A DNA stretch of 64,000 bases from an uncultured Planctomycetales bacterium (GTDB lineage Bacteria > Planctomycetota > UBA1135 > JACQFD01), in assembly GCA_964545855.1 (NCBI GenBank), contig CAZJHD010000001.1, positions 84,065-148,064 on the forward strand, given 5' to 3'. A program made the translations under genes and the position numbers. Below the pieces are notes generated by a model. That model did not search any database, had not been told where the DNA came from, and saw only the letters and a list, made by a program, of their open reading frames with translations. Positions 1 through 8,838 of this stretch are shown here, piece by piece (within the stretch, counting starts at the first letter, position 1; the number at the start of each line of letters is the position of its first letter).

Positions 1-1
1 G

Positions 2-445
2 CGATCCCAGGGAAAACGCATCGTGATGGCCGTGGGCGTCTTCGACCTGCTCCACCCGGGGCACGTCCGATTCCTCGCCGACGCGCGCAGCCGTGGCGAC
101 TACCTCGTCGTCGCGATCCAGTCGGATACCGCCGCGCGCAAGGCGAAGGGCGCCGGGAGGCCGCTCCTCGGAGCGGCGGAGCGCGCGGAGGTGCTCCTCG
201 CGCTGTCGACCGTCGACTACGTCACGGTCTTCGACGCGGCCGACGCGAGCGCCCTCCTGAAGGAGCTGAGACCCGACGTCGTCGCGCGTGGGCGCGACAC
301 GGCGGCGAAGCAGTTCCCCGAGCGCGCGGCCGCCGAGGCGGCCAGCGTGGAGGTGCTGATCGCCGGCGGAACGCGCACCTACTCCTCGAGCCAGATGCTG
401 TCGCGCGGACGGCCGAAGCCCGCGCGCGCGCGGGCGCGGGCCTGA
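2..445 (+). CDS. Cytidylyltransferase-family protein resembling RfaE/HldE domain II (D-beta-D-heptose 1-phosphate adenylyltransferase); N-terminus lies outside the window
   Basis: The frame of ORF 23..445 stays open back to nt 2 (RSQGKRIVMAVGVFDLLHPGHVRFL...). It carries the nucleotidyltransferase HxGH-type motif FDLLHPGH and the downstream RP...ER...VDYV..F pattern. The tail is Arg/Ala-rich and the stop is TGA 443-445. Confidence 0.7.
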   Translation, partial: RSQGKRIVMAVGVFDLLHPGHVRFLADARSRGDYLVVAIQSDTAARKAKGAGRPLLGAAERAEVLLALSTVDYVTVFDAADASALLKELRPDVVARGRDTAAKQFPERAAAEAASVEVLIAGGTRTYSSSQMLSRGRPKPARARARA

Positions 446-487
446 CAGCCCGCCAGGGGCGGCGCGCGCCGCTGCCCCGGTGCGTCG

Positions 488-1345
488 ATGGACTTCACGA
501 CCGCGTTCCTGCTGATGTGCGCCGGTCTCGCCACCGGCACCGTCGGGTCGATGCTCGGCGTGGGCGGCGGGATGATCGTGATCCCCGTGCTCACGTCGCT
601 CTACGGCTTCGGCTTCGAGCAGGCGCGGGCGACGAGCCTCCTCGCCGTGATCGCGACGGCCTGCGGCACGGCGGCGGCCACGGGCAAGGAACGCTTCGTG
701 AACCCGCGGCTCGGCGTGCTCCTCGCGATCCCCGCCGTGGGCGTGGCGCTCCTGAACGCCGTGCTCTCGAGCAAGGTGCACGTGGCGTTCCTCTACGGGC
801 TGTTCGCCGTGGTGCTCACGCTCACGTCGGTCCTCATGTGGCGGCGCGAGCGCGCGGCCGCGGTGCTGGAGGCGGCGGAGCCCGAGGGCGACGGCGAGGA
901 GCCGGAGCCCGACGATTCGGCCGGTCTTCTCGACGGCGCCTTCCGCGACCCGAAGACCGACGAGCGCGTGATCTACCGCGTGAAGCGATTCCCGACGGTC
1001 TTCGCCGTCTCCGGCGCCGCCGGCGCGATGTCGGGTCTCCTCGGCGTGGGCGGCGGGATCTTCCAGGTGCCGGCCATGAACGTCGTCGCCGGCGTGCCGA
1101 TCCGCGCCGCGACGGCGACGAGCAACTTTCTCATGGGGTTCACGGCGGCCTCGACGATGCCGATCTACTTCGGGCGCGGCCACGTGCAGCCGCTGCAGAC
1201 GGCGGCCGTCGTGCTGGGGGCGCTCGTCGGGTCGTTCCTCGGCTCGGCCATCGCGAAGCGGCTCCACGGCGCGGCGCTCCGGCGCGTCTTCTCGTTCCTC
1301 CTCTTCGGGCTCGCGCTGCAGATGGTGCGCAAGGCCTTCGAATGA
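488..1345 (+). CDS. TauE/SafE (DUF81, TSUP) family anion exporter
   Basis: 285 aa and polytopic. It has the duplicated Gly-rich motif typical of the family (GSMLGVGGGMIVIPVL and SGLLGVGGGIFQVPAM) separated by an acidic loop. Confidence 0.85.
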   Translation: MDFTTAFLLMCAGLATGTVGSMLGVGGGMIVIPVLTSLYGFGFEQARATSLLAVIATACGTAAATGKERFVNPRLGVLLAIPAVGVALLNAVLSSKVHVAFLYGLFAVVLTLTSVLMWRRERAAAVLEAAEPEGDGEEPEPDDSAGLLDGAFRDPKTDERVIYRVKRFPTVFAVSGAAGAMSGLLGVGGGIFQVPAMNVVAGVPIRAATATSNFLMGFTAASTMPIYFGRGHVQPLQTAAVVLGALVGSFLGSAIAKRLHGAALRRVFSFLLFGLALQMVRKAFE

Positions 1346-1755
1346 GACAGGCGCCCGGCCCCGTCCCCGGCCCGGACTATCCGGCGGAGCGCGTCGCGCG
1401 CCGGCGCTCGCGGCGCGACGAGAGCCGCGTTGCCTCGCTCGTGAACCTCGCCGGCGTCGTCGCCGCCGCGATGCTCATGCTGAGCGCGCTGGCGCGCCTC
1501 GCGATCGTCGAGCATCCGATGGAGCCGGTCGTCGGCGATCCGCCGCTCCAGCTCGACCATTTCCTGCACCTCGACCCCATGGCCTGGGCGTCGATCGGAT
1601 GCCTCCTCCTCACGGCGACTCCCATCCTGCGGATGGTCGTGCTCGCCGTGACGTTCCTCGTGCGCGGACGCCATGGCTTCGCCCTCGCGGCGCTCCTGGT
1701 GGTGGCCTTCCTCGCCGCCGGGATCGTGACCGGCATGCGGATCGCGTCGACCTGA
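1342..1755 (+). CDS. DUF1634-like small membrane protein, the usual partner of DUF81 permeases
   Basis: An in-frame ATG lies inside long ORF 517..1755 and forms an ATGA overlap with the TauE stop. The product is 137 aa with hydrophobic helices (AGVVAAAMLMLSALARL, GCLLLTATPILRMVVLAVTFLV, ALAALLVVAFLAAGIV). The upstream part of that ORF is an out-of-frame reading of the TauE gene. Confidence 0.75.
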   Translation: MRQAPGPVPGPDYPAERVARRRSRRDESRVASLVNLAGVVAAAMLMLSALARLAIVEHPMEPVVGDPPLQLDHFLHLDPMAWASIGCLLLTATPILRMVVLAVTFLVRGRHGFALAALLVVAFLAAGIVTGMRIAST

Positions 1756-1761
1756 GGGGAC

Positions 1762-2721
1762 ATGGACCCGATCCACACGATCCGCGCGGCGAAGCGCATG
1801 CACCTGAAGGACGGGTGCTTCGTCTCGCTCGCGCCGCCGTCGGTGTTCGCGGGACATCTCCGCGCCGTGCAGGGACGCATCGCGTGGACCGGCCCGGCGA
1901 GCGCCGTCGAGCGAGGCGAGGAGGTGCTCGAGGTGTGGGGGAAGCTCGTGCTGCCGGGGATGGCGCTCGCGGGCGTCGACCCGCTCCGCATGGCGGCGCG
2001 CGCGCTGCCGGAGGGACGGCGGGCGGCCGCCCGGCCGGTCCTGGAGGCGCTGCCGGCGGAGGAGCAGCGCGCGCTCGCGATGCAGACGCTGGTCGAGTGC
2101 GCCGCGGCGGGCGTGCTCCATCCGATCCTCGACCTGCGCGGCGCGTCGGGAACGCGCGCGCGCGCGAGCGTCGAGGCGTTCTTGGAGGTCGGCCTGCGCG
2201 GCGCCCTCGAATGGGCGCCGGCGGCGGGGGACGCGGAGGCGGCGGCGCTCGACGCCGAGCTGCGGGAGCACGCGCTCGTTCGGCGCGTCGATGGGCCCGC
2301 GGCGCGCGCGAGCCTCGAGGCGGCGACGCGCGGCGCGGCGATCCCCGAGGGCGCCTGGCTCGCCTGCGGCGGTGAGACGCCCGACGCGTGGGCGCTGCTG
2401 CGCGCCCTCGAGGCGCGGGAGTCGGGCCTCGGTCTTCGCGCTCTCGCCGCGACCTACGCGGCGCTCGGCTCGGCCTTCGGCACGCCCTTCGGCTCTCTCC
2501 TGCGCGGCGCCTGGTTCGACGTGGTCTTCCTCGACTACGAGATGCCGGCGCGGCTCGACGACGGCTGCCTGCGGGCCTTCCTCCTCGGCGCCTTCGGACC
2601 CTGGAGCGTCGAGGCGGCGGCCGTCGGCGGCGTGCCGATCGTGAAGCGCCACGAGGTGCTCACGGCCGACCGCGAGGCGCTCGCCCGCGAGGTGGCGGGG
2701 ATCGTAGCGGCGGTGGGGTGA
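1762..2721 (+). CDS. Amidohydrolase-superfamily-related protein, apparently degenerate (no HxH metal motif)
   Basis: 319 aa with normal composition. The N-terminal layout (IRAAKRMHLKDG...GRIAWTG...EVLEVWGKLVLPGMALAGVDP) mimics chlorohydrolase or deaminase N-termini, where PG(F/L)VN(A/T)HTH is expected. The competing ORFs on both strands are Arg-rich noise. Confidence 0.45.
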   Translation: MDPIHTIRAAKRMHLKDGCFVSLAPPSVFAGHLRAVQGRIAWTGPASAVERGEEVLEVWGKLVLPGMALAGVDPLRMAARALPEGRRAAARPVLEALPAEEQRALAMQTLVECAAAGVLHPILDLRGASGTRARASVEAFLEVGLRGALEWAPAAGDAEAAALDAELREHALVRRVDGPAARASLEAATRGAAIPEGAWLACGGETPDAWALLRALEARESGLGLRALAATYAALGSAFGTPFGSLLRGAWFDVVFLDYEMPARLDDGCLRAFLLGAFGPWSVEAAAVGGVPIVKRHEVLTADREALAREVAGIVAAVG

Positions 2722-2733
2722 GGAGACTCCACT

Positions 2734-3411
2734 TCAGAGTTCGCGCAGCCGGACGTTGCGGAACTCGACGCGCGTGCCGTGGCCGAGGAAGCCGATGTGG
2801 CCGCGCGCGCGGGCGAGGCCCGGATGCTTCGCGAGGACTTGTGGGTCGCGCACGGCGTCCAGGTCGGCGTCGACGATCGTCGTGCCGTTCAGCACGACGG
2901 TGATGCGCCGGCCGCGTGCGGTGATCTCCTGCTCGTTCCACTCGCCGACGGGGCGCTGCGCGCCGCGGCGCGCGGCGACGACGCCGTAGATCGAGCCGTG
3001 GTACTGCCAGGGCCGGAGCGTCCGGTACTCGGAGCCCGAGTCGTCGAGCACCTGGATCTCCATGCCGGCGTAGGCCGCATCGCCCTCCAGCGGCGCGCGG
3101 ATGCCGATGCCGTTGTTCGCGTTCTCCGAGAGCCGGAACTCGAAGCGCAGGATGAAGTCTCCGTACTCGCGCGCGGTGAAGAGATTCCCTCCGTCGGCGG
3201 CGGTGCAGAAGAGGACCCCGTCGGCCACCTGGTAGCCGTGGCCGCGCCGATGCTCCTTGCCTCCCTGGGTCCCGTACACCCAGCCGTCGAGCGTGCGGCC
3301 GTCGAAGAGCGCGACGAAGCCCGCCTCGGGATCGGAGCCGCGCTCGGGGGCGGGCGAGCCGCAGCCGGCGGCGAGGGTGGCGGCGACGAGACCAGCGAGC
3401 GTCCGATGCAT
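2734..3411 (-). CDS. DUF1080 (3-keto-disaccharide hydrolase family) lipoprotein
   Basis: Lipobox signal [17 protein letters not shown]. It carries the family hallmarks [61 protein letters not shown] and [15 protein letters not shown]. Confidence 0.85.
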   Translation of the reverse strand: MHRTLAGLVAATLAAGCGSPAPERGSDPEAGFVALFDGRTLDGWVYGTQGGKEHRRGHGYQVADGVLFCTAADGGNLFTAREYGDFILRFEFRLSENANNGIGIRAPLEGDAAYAGMEIQVLDDSGSEYRTLRPWQYHGSIYGVVAARRGAQRPVGEWNEQEITARGRRITVVLNGTTIVDADLDAVRDPQVLAKHPGLARARGHIGFLGHGTRVEFRNVRLREL

Positions 3412-3469
3412 GACGCCATCGAACCGCGGGAACGGGCCGCCGGGAAGGGGCGGCCGGTAGGCTCTCCGG

Positions 3470-4609
3470 ATGGAACGTCCCGACGCGGAGGCTCCCGAGC
3501 CCGAGCACGTGCATGTGCACGGCTGCTGCGAGGACCGGCCGGGCGCGACGCACCTCGTCGTGCGCGCGCGGGATCTCCCCGGCCTGCGGCGCGCTCTCGC
3601 GCAGCGTCCCGACGACGGGCGCGGGCCGCGGGCGATCCTGGAGGCGGCGCGCGTCGGCTGGACCGAGGGGCTCGCGGTGCTTCTCGCGGCCGGCGCCGAT
3701 CCGAACGGTCTCTGGCGCGGCTACCGGCCGATGCACGCCCTGATCCAGGAGAAGATCGGCGAGGAGGGCGAAGGCTCCCTGCGGGAGCGGCTCGCCTGCC
3801 TCGACGCGCTCCTCGCGGCGGGCGCCGACCCCGACGCCCTCGGCGCCTTCCCTCCGGCCCGCGCGATCGTGATCGCGGCCTTCACGGGCGTCGGCGACTT
3901 CGTCGAGCGGCTGCGCGCGGGCGTGCGCGCGGACGACGTCTTCGCGGCCGCGGCGCTCGGCGACGCCAAGCGCGTGGCGCGGCTCGTCGCGAAGGACGCG
4001 AAGCTCGCGGCGGCCCGGGACGACGGCGGCCTCACGGCGCTCGCCTGCGCCGCCGGGTCGCGCGTCGGCCGTGACGATCCGAAGGCGGCGCGGGGGCTGC
4101 TCGCCTGCGCGTCGAAGCTCCTGGGCGCGGGCGCCGACGCGAACGCGCGCGTCCGCGGATTCGGCGACGAGGTGGACGTCGCGTACTTCGCGGCGAACGC
4201 CGGGAACGGTCCGATGCTGGATCTGCTGCTCGCGCACGGCGCCGACGCCACGGCGGCGCTGCCCTCGACGGCCTGGGCGGGCCACGCGGACCTCTCGGAG
4301 ATCGCGCTGCGCCACGGCGCGGACCCGGACGCCGCGACCCACGGCGATCGCCCGCTGCTGAACGACCTCGTGCGCTGGGGACAGGCGCAGCCGGCCGAGT
4401 GGCTCCTCGCGCACGGCGCCTCCCCGAATGTCGCCGACAAGCACGGCTGGACGGCGCTCCACCAGGCCGCGTCCCGCGGGAGCGTGCGCCTCGTCACGGC
4501 CTGCCTCGCTGCCGGCGCCGACCGGAAGGCCCGTGACGGGAAGCGCCGCACGGCCCTCGACGTGGCGCGCGAGCGCGGACGCGCGAAGGTCGTCGAGCTG
4601 CTGCGTTGA
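3470..4609 (+). CDS. Ankyrin-repeat protein
   Basis: 379 aa with repeated ankyrin signatures ([104 protein letters not shown]). Confidence 0.85.
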   Translation: MERPDAEAPEPEHVHVHGCCEDRPGATHLVVRARDLPGLRRALAQRPDDGRGPRAILEAARVGWTEGLAVLLAAGADPNGLWRGYRPMHALIQEKIGEEGEGSLRERLACLDALLAAGADPDALGAFPPARAIVIAAFTGVGDFVERLRAGVRADDVFAAAALGDAKRVARLVAKDAKLAAARDDGGLTALACAAGSRVGRDDPKAARGLLACASKLLGAGADANARVRGFGDEVDVAYFAANAGNGPMLDLLLAHGADATAALPSTAWAGHADLSEIALRHGADPDAATHGDRPLLNDLVRWGQAQPAEWLLAHGASPNVADKHGWTALHQAASRGSVRLVTACLAAGADRKARDGKRRTALDVARERGRAKVVELLR

Positions 4610-4621
4610 TGGAGATTCGCC

Positions 4622-4703
4622 GCGGAATGGGGTCAGACCCCTTTTTCGTCTCGCGCCGCGCGCGCGCGGCGCGAGACGGAAAAGGGGTCTGACCCCATTC
4701 CGC
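4622..4703. repeat. Palindromic intergenic element A (82 bp, two 41-nt arms with one T:G mismatch); terminator-like hairpin after the ankyrin gene
   Basis: The left arm gcggaatggggtcagacccctttttcgtctcgcgccgcgcg is directly followed by its reverse complement. The outer arms share GGAATGGGGTCAGACCC with the elements at 26252 and 36449. Confidence 0.85.
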
Positions 4704-4738
4704 TAGACTCCCGCGCCACCCCTTCGCGAGAACCCCGC

Positions 4739-6043
4739 TTGAGCGAACCCACGTCCCGTCCGGCGCTCCTGTTCCCGCGGCTCTCCGCGATGATGTTCCT
4801 CCAGTACGCCATCTGGGGGGCGTGGCTTCCGCTCTTCTTCCAGTTCCTCACGGACTACCGCCACATCGGTCCGGACGACGCGGGGCTCCTCTTCTCCTAC
4901 GGCGCGATCGGCGCCGTCGTGGCGCCCTTCGTGGCGGGGCAGATCGTCGACCGCTACATGGCGATCGAGAAGTTCGTCGGCGTGAGCCACCTGCTCGGCG
5001 CCGTCCTCGTCTGGCAGCTCGGGACGATCGACACCTACGGGGGGCTCGTCCTCTTCTCGGTGCTCTACTCGATCCTCTACGCGCCGACGATGCCGCTCAC
5101 GAACGCGCTCGCGTTCCACCACCTGCCGGACCGCGTGCGCGACTTCGGGAAGGTGCGCCTCTGGGGCACGGTGGGTTGGATCGCCGTCGGGATCGGCATG
5201 GGCCAGTGGCTGCTGCGCTACCACACGCCGTCGGCCGCCGAGTCGACGCCGGAGCTCATCCGTCAGGCGCAGCTCGCCGGCATGGTCGACGCGTTCCGCC
5301 TCTCGGCGATCCTCGGTGCGATCCTCGGCGTCTTCAGCTTCACGCTCCCGCACACGCCGCCGCGGCGCGGCTCGTCTCCCTTCGCTCCCGGCGAGGCGCT
5401 CCGAGCGATCCGCAAGCAGCCGCTCCTCACGCTCTTCTGCGTCTCGCTCCCCGTGAGCTGCGCGCACCAGTTCTACTTCGTGCACACGGCGGGCTTCCTC
5501 GCGTACCGGGAGATGGAGTCCGACTTCTTCAACCAGATCTTCGGCGTCGGCGGCGGCGGCCTCATGACGATCGGGCAGATCTCGGAGATCTTCTGCATCG
5601 CTGCCGTGCCCTTCGTCGCGCGGCGCTTCGCGCGGAAGACGCTGCTGATCGTGGGGCTCCTCGCCTACATCGCGCGCTTCGCGCTCTTCGCCTACGGCGA
5701 CTCCCAGGCGGCGATCCTCACCGGCGTCGCGCTCCACGGCCCCGTCTTCGCCTGCTTCATCTTCCTCGCCTTCATGATCGTCGACGAGGAGACGACGGCG
5801 GACGTGCGCGGGAGCGCCCAGGGTCTCTACAACCTCGTGGTCGTGGGGCTCGGGATCATCGTGGGCAACCTGATCGCCGGGAGGATCGGCCAGATGACGA
5901 AGCTCGAGGGCGCCCAGGGCTTCGACTACCGCACGCTCTTCGGGCTGCCGATGTGGGGCTGCGTCGCGTGCCTCGTGGCGATCGTCCTCTTCTATCCCGG
6001 CGGGAAGAGCCGCGCGCTGCAGGCGGCGGAGGCCGCCGCGTGA
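4739..6043 (+). CDS. MFS transporter, nucleoside:H+ symporter (NHS, NupG/XapB-like) family
   Basis: 434 aa and about 12 TM. The N-terminus LSAMMFLQYAIWGAWLPLFFQFL resembles the NupG/XapB signature. The ORF-track start is TTG 4739, and an internal ATG (MMFLQY) is an alternative. Confidence 0.8.
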   Translation: MSEPTSRPALLFPRLSAMMFLQYAIWGAWLPLFFQFLTDYRHIGPDDAGLLFSYGAIGAVVAPFVAGQIVDRYMAIEKFVGVSHLLGAVLVWQLGTIDTYGGLVLFSVLYSILYAPTMPLTNALAFHHLPDRVRDFGKVRLWGTVGWIAVGIGMGQWLLRYHTPSAAESTPELIRQAQLAGMVDAFRLSAILGAILGVFSFTLPHTPPRRGSSPFAPGEALRAIRKQPLLTLFCVSLPVSCAHQFYFVHTAGFLAYREMESDFFNQIFGVGGGGLMTIGQISEIFCIAAVPFVARRFARKTLLIVGLLAYIARFALFAYGDSQAAILTGVALHGPVFACFIFLAFMIVDEETTADVRGSAQGLYNLVVVGLGIIVGNLIAGRIGQMTKLEGAQGFDYRTLFGLPMWGCVACLVAIVLFYPGGKSRALQAAEAAA

Positions 6044-6876
6044 CCGGCCGACTCGGCGTCTGCTCCTGGTCGCTCGCGCCGTCGTCGCCGCGCGACCTCG
6101 CCGAGAAGGCGTCGGCGGCGGGCGTGCGCTGGGTGCAGCTCGCTCTCGATCCGATGCGCACGGGCGCCTGGGACGAGGAGGAGACGTCGGCGCGCCTGCG
6201 CGACGCGGGGATCGGCATCGCCTCCGGGATGATGGCCATGGAGGGCGAGGACTACACGACGCTCGAGTCGATCCGCCGCACCGGCGGGCTCCGCCCCGAC
6301 GAGACCTGGGACGCGAACCTCCAGGCGGCGCGCGCGAACGCGGCGCTCGCGCGGCGCCTGGGCCTCTCCCTCGTCTCGTTCCACGCGGGGTTCCTGCCGC
6401 ACGACGCGCACGACCCCGAGCGCCCGCGTCTGCTGGCGCGGCTCGCCCAGGTGGCGACGGCCTTCGCCGAGTACGGCGTGCGCGTCGCGCTGGAGACGGG
6501 GCAGGAGCACGCCGCGACGCTGCTGGAGGCGCTGCGCGACCTCGGCCGCCCCGACGTCGGCGTGAACTTCGATCCCGCCAACATGATCCTCTACGGCATG
6601 GGCGACCCCGTCGCCGCCTTCGAGGCGCTCGCGCCCCGTGTGCTCCAGGCGCACGTGAAGGACGCGCGGCCGCCGGTGACGAAGGGCGCCTGGGGGACCG
6701 AGGTGCCGGTCGGCACGGGCGCCGCCCGCTGGCCCGAGCTGCTGCGCCGCATGGACGCGCTGCGCCCCGGCCTCGACCTCATGATCGAGCGCGAGGCCGG
6801 CGCGGCGCGCCTCGACGACATCCGGACGGCGCGCGTGCTCGTGGAGCGCGAGACCTCCGGCACGGAGCAGCCGTGA
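6040..6876 (+). CDS. Sugar phosphate isomerase/epimerase (xylose-isomerase-like TIM barrel)
   Basis: These are the last 278 codons of ORF 4822..6876. GTG 6040 overlaps the MFS stop (GTGA). Motifs: VQLALDP, SFHAGF, RVALETGQE, NFDPANMILYG. Confidence 0.85.
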   Translation: MTGRLGVCSWSLAPSSPRDLAEKASAAGVRWVQLALDPMRTGAWDEEETSARLRDAGIGIASGMMAMEGEDYTTLESIRRTGGLRPDETWDANLQAARANAALARRLGLSLVSFHAGFLPHDAHDPERPRLLARLAQVATAFAEYGVRVALETGQEHAATLLEALRDLGRPDVGVNFDPANMILYGMGDPVAAFEALAPRVLQAHVKDARPPVTKGAWGTEVPVGTGAARWPELLRRMDALRPGLDLMIEREAGAARLDDIRTARVLVERETSGTEQP

Positions 6877-7895
6877 CGCACGCGCCGCCGCGCCCGCCGC
6901 TCGGAGTCGGCGTGATCGGCCTCGGCTTCATGGGCCGGGCCCACCTCGGTGCGTGGGGCGCGGCCGCGGAGGCGGGGATCCCGCTCCGCGTCGTGGCCGT
7001 CTGCGACGCGCGAGGCGAGGCGGCGGCGCTGCCGGCGCGGGCGGGGAACCTCGCCGTCGGCGCGGGCGACGGCCCGCTCTTCGATCCGGCGGCGACGCGC
7101 GTCTACCGCGAGGCGCCCGCGTGCCTCGCCGACGAGGCCGTCCACGTCGTGAGCGTCTGCACGCCGACGGACACGCACGTCGAGATCGCGGAAGCGGCGC
7201 TGCGCGCCGGGAAGCACGTGCTCGTCGAGAAGCCCGTCGCGCTCGACGTCGCCGGCGTCGACCGCATCGCGGCGGCCGCGCGCGCCGAGGGACGGCTCTG
7301 CATGCCGGCCTTCTGCATGCGCTTCTGGCCCGGCTGGGACTGGCTCCACGACCGGATCGCCGACGGCTCCCTCGGCGCCGTGCGGAGCCTCGTCCTCCGG
7401 CGCCTCGCGTCGCCGCCCGATTGGTCGCCGGAGTTCTATCGCGACGCGGCGCGCACCGGCGGCGCGCTCTTCGACCTGCACCTCCACGACGCCGACTTCG
7501 TGCGCTGGTGCTTCGGCGACCCGGTCTCCGTCGCGAGTGCAGGCAGCGCCGACCACCTGACGACGCTCTACCGGTTCCGCGGCGGGCCCGCCCACGTCGT
7601 CGCCGAGGGCGGCTGGGACCACGCAGCGGGCTTCCCGTTCCGCATGCAGTTCGTCGCGGTCTTCGAGCGGGCGACGGCCGACTACGACTCGCTGCGCGAG
7701 CCGCGGCTGCAGGTGCATCGCGAGGGACGGATCGAGCCGATCGCGATCGCCGCGGGGAGCGGCTACGACGCCGAGGTGCGCCACTTCGCGGAGGCGGTGC
7801 TCGGCGGAGGCGCGGCGCTCCGCGCGACCCTCGACGACGCGCGCGCCGTGACCGAGCTCCTGCTGCGGGAGAAGGATGCCCTCGGCGCGCGGTAG
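6873..7895 (+). CDS. Gfo/Idh/MocA family NAD(P)-dependent oxidoreductase
   Basis: The GTG start overlaps the previous stop (GTGA). It has the Rossmann N-terminus GVGVIGLGFMGRAH, VSVCTPTDTHVEIAEAALRAGKHVLVEKP, and the C-terminal alpha/beta domain. Confidence 0.85.
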   Translation: MTHAPPRPPLGVGVIGLGFMGRAHLGAWGAAAEAGIPLRVVAVCDARGEAAALPARAGNLAVGAGDGPLFDPAATRVYREAPACLADEAVHVVSVCTPTDTHVEIAEAALRAGKHVLVEKPVALDVAGVDRIAAAARAEGRLCMPAFCMRFWPGWDWLHDRIADGSLGAVRSLVLRRLASPPDWSPEFYRDAARTGGALFDLHLHDADFVRWCFGDPVSVASAGSADHLTTLYRFRGGPAHVVAEGGWDHAAGFPFRMQFVAVFERATADYDSLREPRLQVHREGRIEPIAIAAGSGYDAEVRHFAEAVLGGGAALRATLDDARAVTELLLREKDALGAR

Positions 7896-8012
7896 CTGCC
7901 CGTGGTGGAAGTGCTCCGCAGAGCGAGCGCGAGGAATCGTCGTTCGGCGCAAGGCGCGCGCCGCAAGCGTAGCGAGAGGTTACGGTGAGGACGCGCAACG
8001 CCGCGCCGAGCG

Positions 8013-8465
8013 ATGAGGCCCGCGCGCAGCTCGGATGACTTCCGCCACGGGCAGACAGGGCCCGCGCCCGCCGGCTATTCGGGAACGCCGCTCCCGAAGA
8101 AGCTCGGCATGAAGCCGGGGGCGACGGTGGCGCTCGTCGGCGCGCCGGCGGACTTCGAAAAGACCCTCGGCGCGCTCCCCGAGGGCGCGTGTCTCCGCGC
8201 CGGCCTTCGCGGCGAGGCCGACCTGATCGTCGCGTTCGTGCGCTCCCGGGCGGAGCTGCGAAAGCAGCTCCCGGCGCTCGCGCGCCGTTGCGGCGCGGGG
8301 GCGGGTCTCTGGCTCGCCTGGCCGAAGAAGAGTTCCGGCGTCGCGACCGATCTCTCCGAGGACGCCGTCCGCGCGGCCGGTCTCGCGGCCGGACTCGTCG
8401 ACTTCAAGGTCTGCGCGATCGACGCGACGTGGTCGGGCCACCGCTTCGCGCCGCGGCGCGGTTGA
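8013..8465 (+). CDS. DUF3052 domain protein
   Basis: 150 aa. It matches the family pattern as I remember it: AGYSGTPLPKKLGMKPG..VALVGAP, LIVAFVRSRAEL, LWLAWPKKSSGV.TDL.ED, GLVDFKVCAID.TWSG. Confidence 0.8.
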   Translation: MRPARSSDDFRHGQTGPAPAGYSGTPLPKKLGMKPGATVALVGAPADFEKTLGALPEGACLRAGLRGEADLIVAFVRSRAELRKQLPALARRCGAGAGLWLAWPKKSSGVATDLSEDAVRAAGLAAGLVDFKVCAIDATWSGHRFAPRRG

Positions 8466-8470
8466 GCAGC

Positions 8471-8713
8471 TCAGCCGGCTCGGTGCCGCCGGCGCTCGTC
8501 GATGACCGCGATGGCCGCGCGCAGGAAGGCGTTCACCCGCTCGGGATCTCGAAACACCTTCGCCACGTCGGAATCGAGGACGACCACCACCGGGTCGCGC
8601 GGGACGCGGCGTGCGAAGCGGTTCGCCCGCGACTTGCCGTAGTCGAAGCGGTACTCGCGCGCGAGCTCGTCCTTGGCGCCGACCTTTCGACGAGTTCTCG
8701 GTGTTCTGCGCAT
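8471..8713 (-). CDS. Small antitoxin-like protein (BrnA/CopG-like pattern) with no cognate toxin gene
   Basis: 80 aa. DELAREYRFDYGKSRANRFARR...VVVVLDSDVAKVFRDPERVNAFLRAAI resembles the 'EYDFSKGKRGKF...V.I.LD.DV..YF' antitoxin pattern. No room or ORF for a toxin exists upstream (8714-8838). Confidence 0.45.
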   Translation of the reverse strand: MRRTPRTRRKVGAKDELAREYRFDYGKSRANRFARRVPRDPVVVVLDSDVAKVFRDPERVNAFLRAAIAVIDERRRHRAG

Positions 8714-8838
8714 GGTCGTTGCGTTCCTGGCGTGCTGCCCGTCGGACGCTGGTCCATTGGCTCGATGCGTCGTCCGCGGTGAGGATGGCGACTAGGCCCC
8801 GGCGCGTTTTCGAAGCCGCGCCCCGACAGAATACGGGC

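Noticed and set aside
4633-4851. 'MGSDP...' small ORFs at 4633..4851 (minus) and 26259..26744 (plus), and the N-terminus of 24722..26347 (minus)
   Set aside because: They are mirror-image products of the palindromic repeat arms (GGAATGGGGTCAGACCC read on both strands), not genes.
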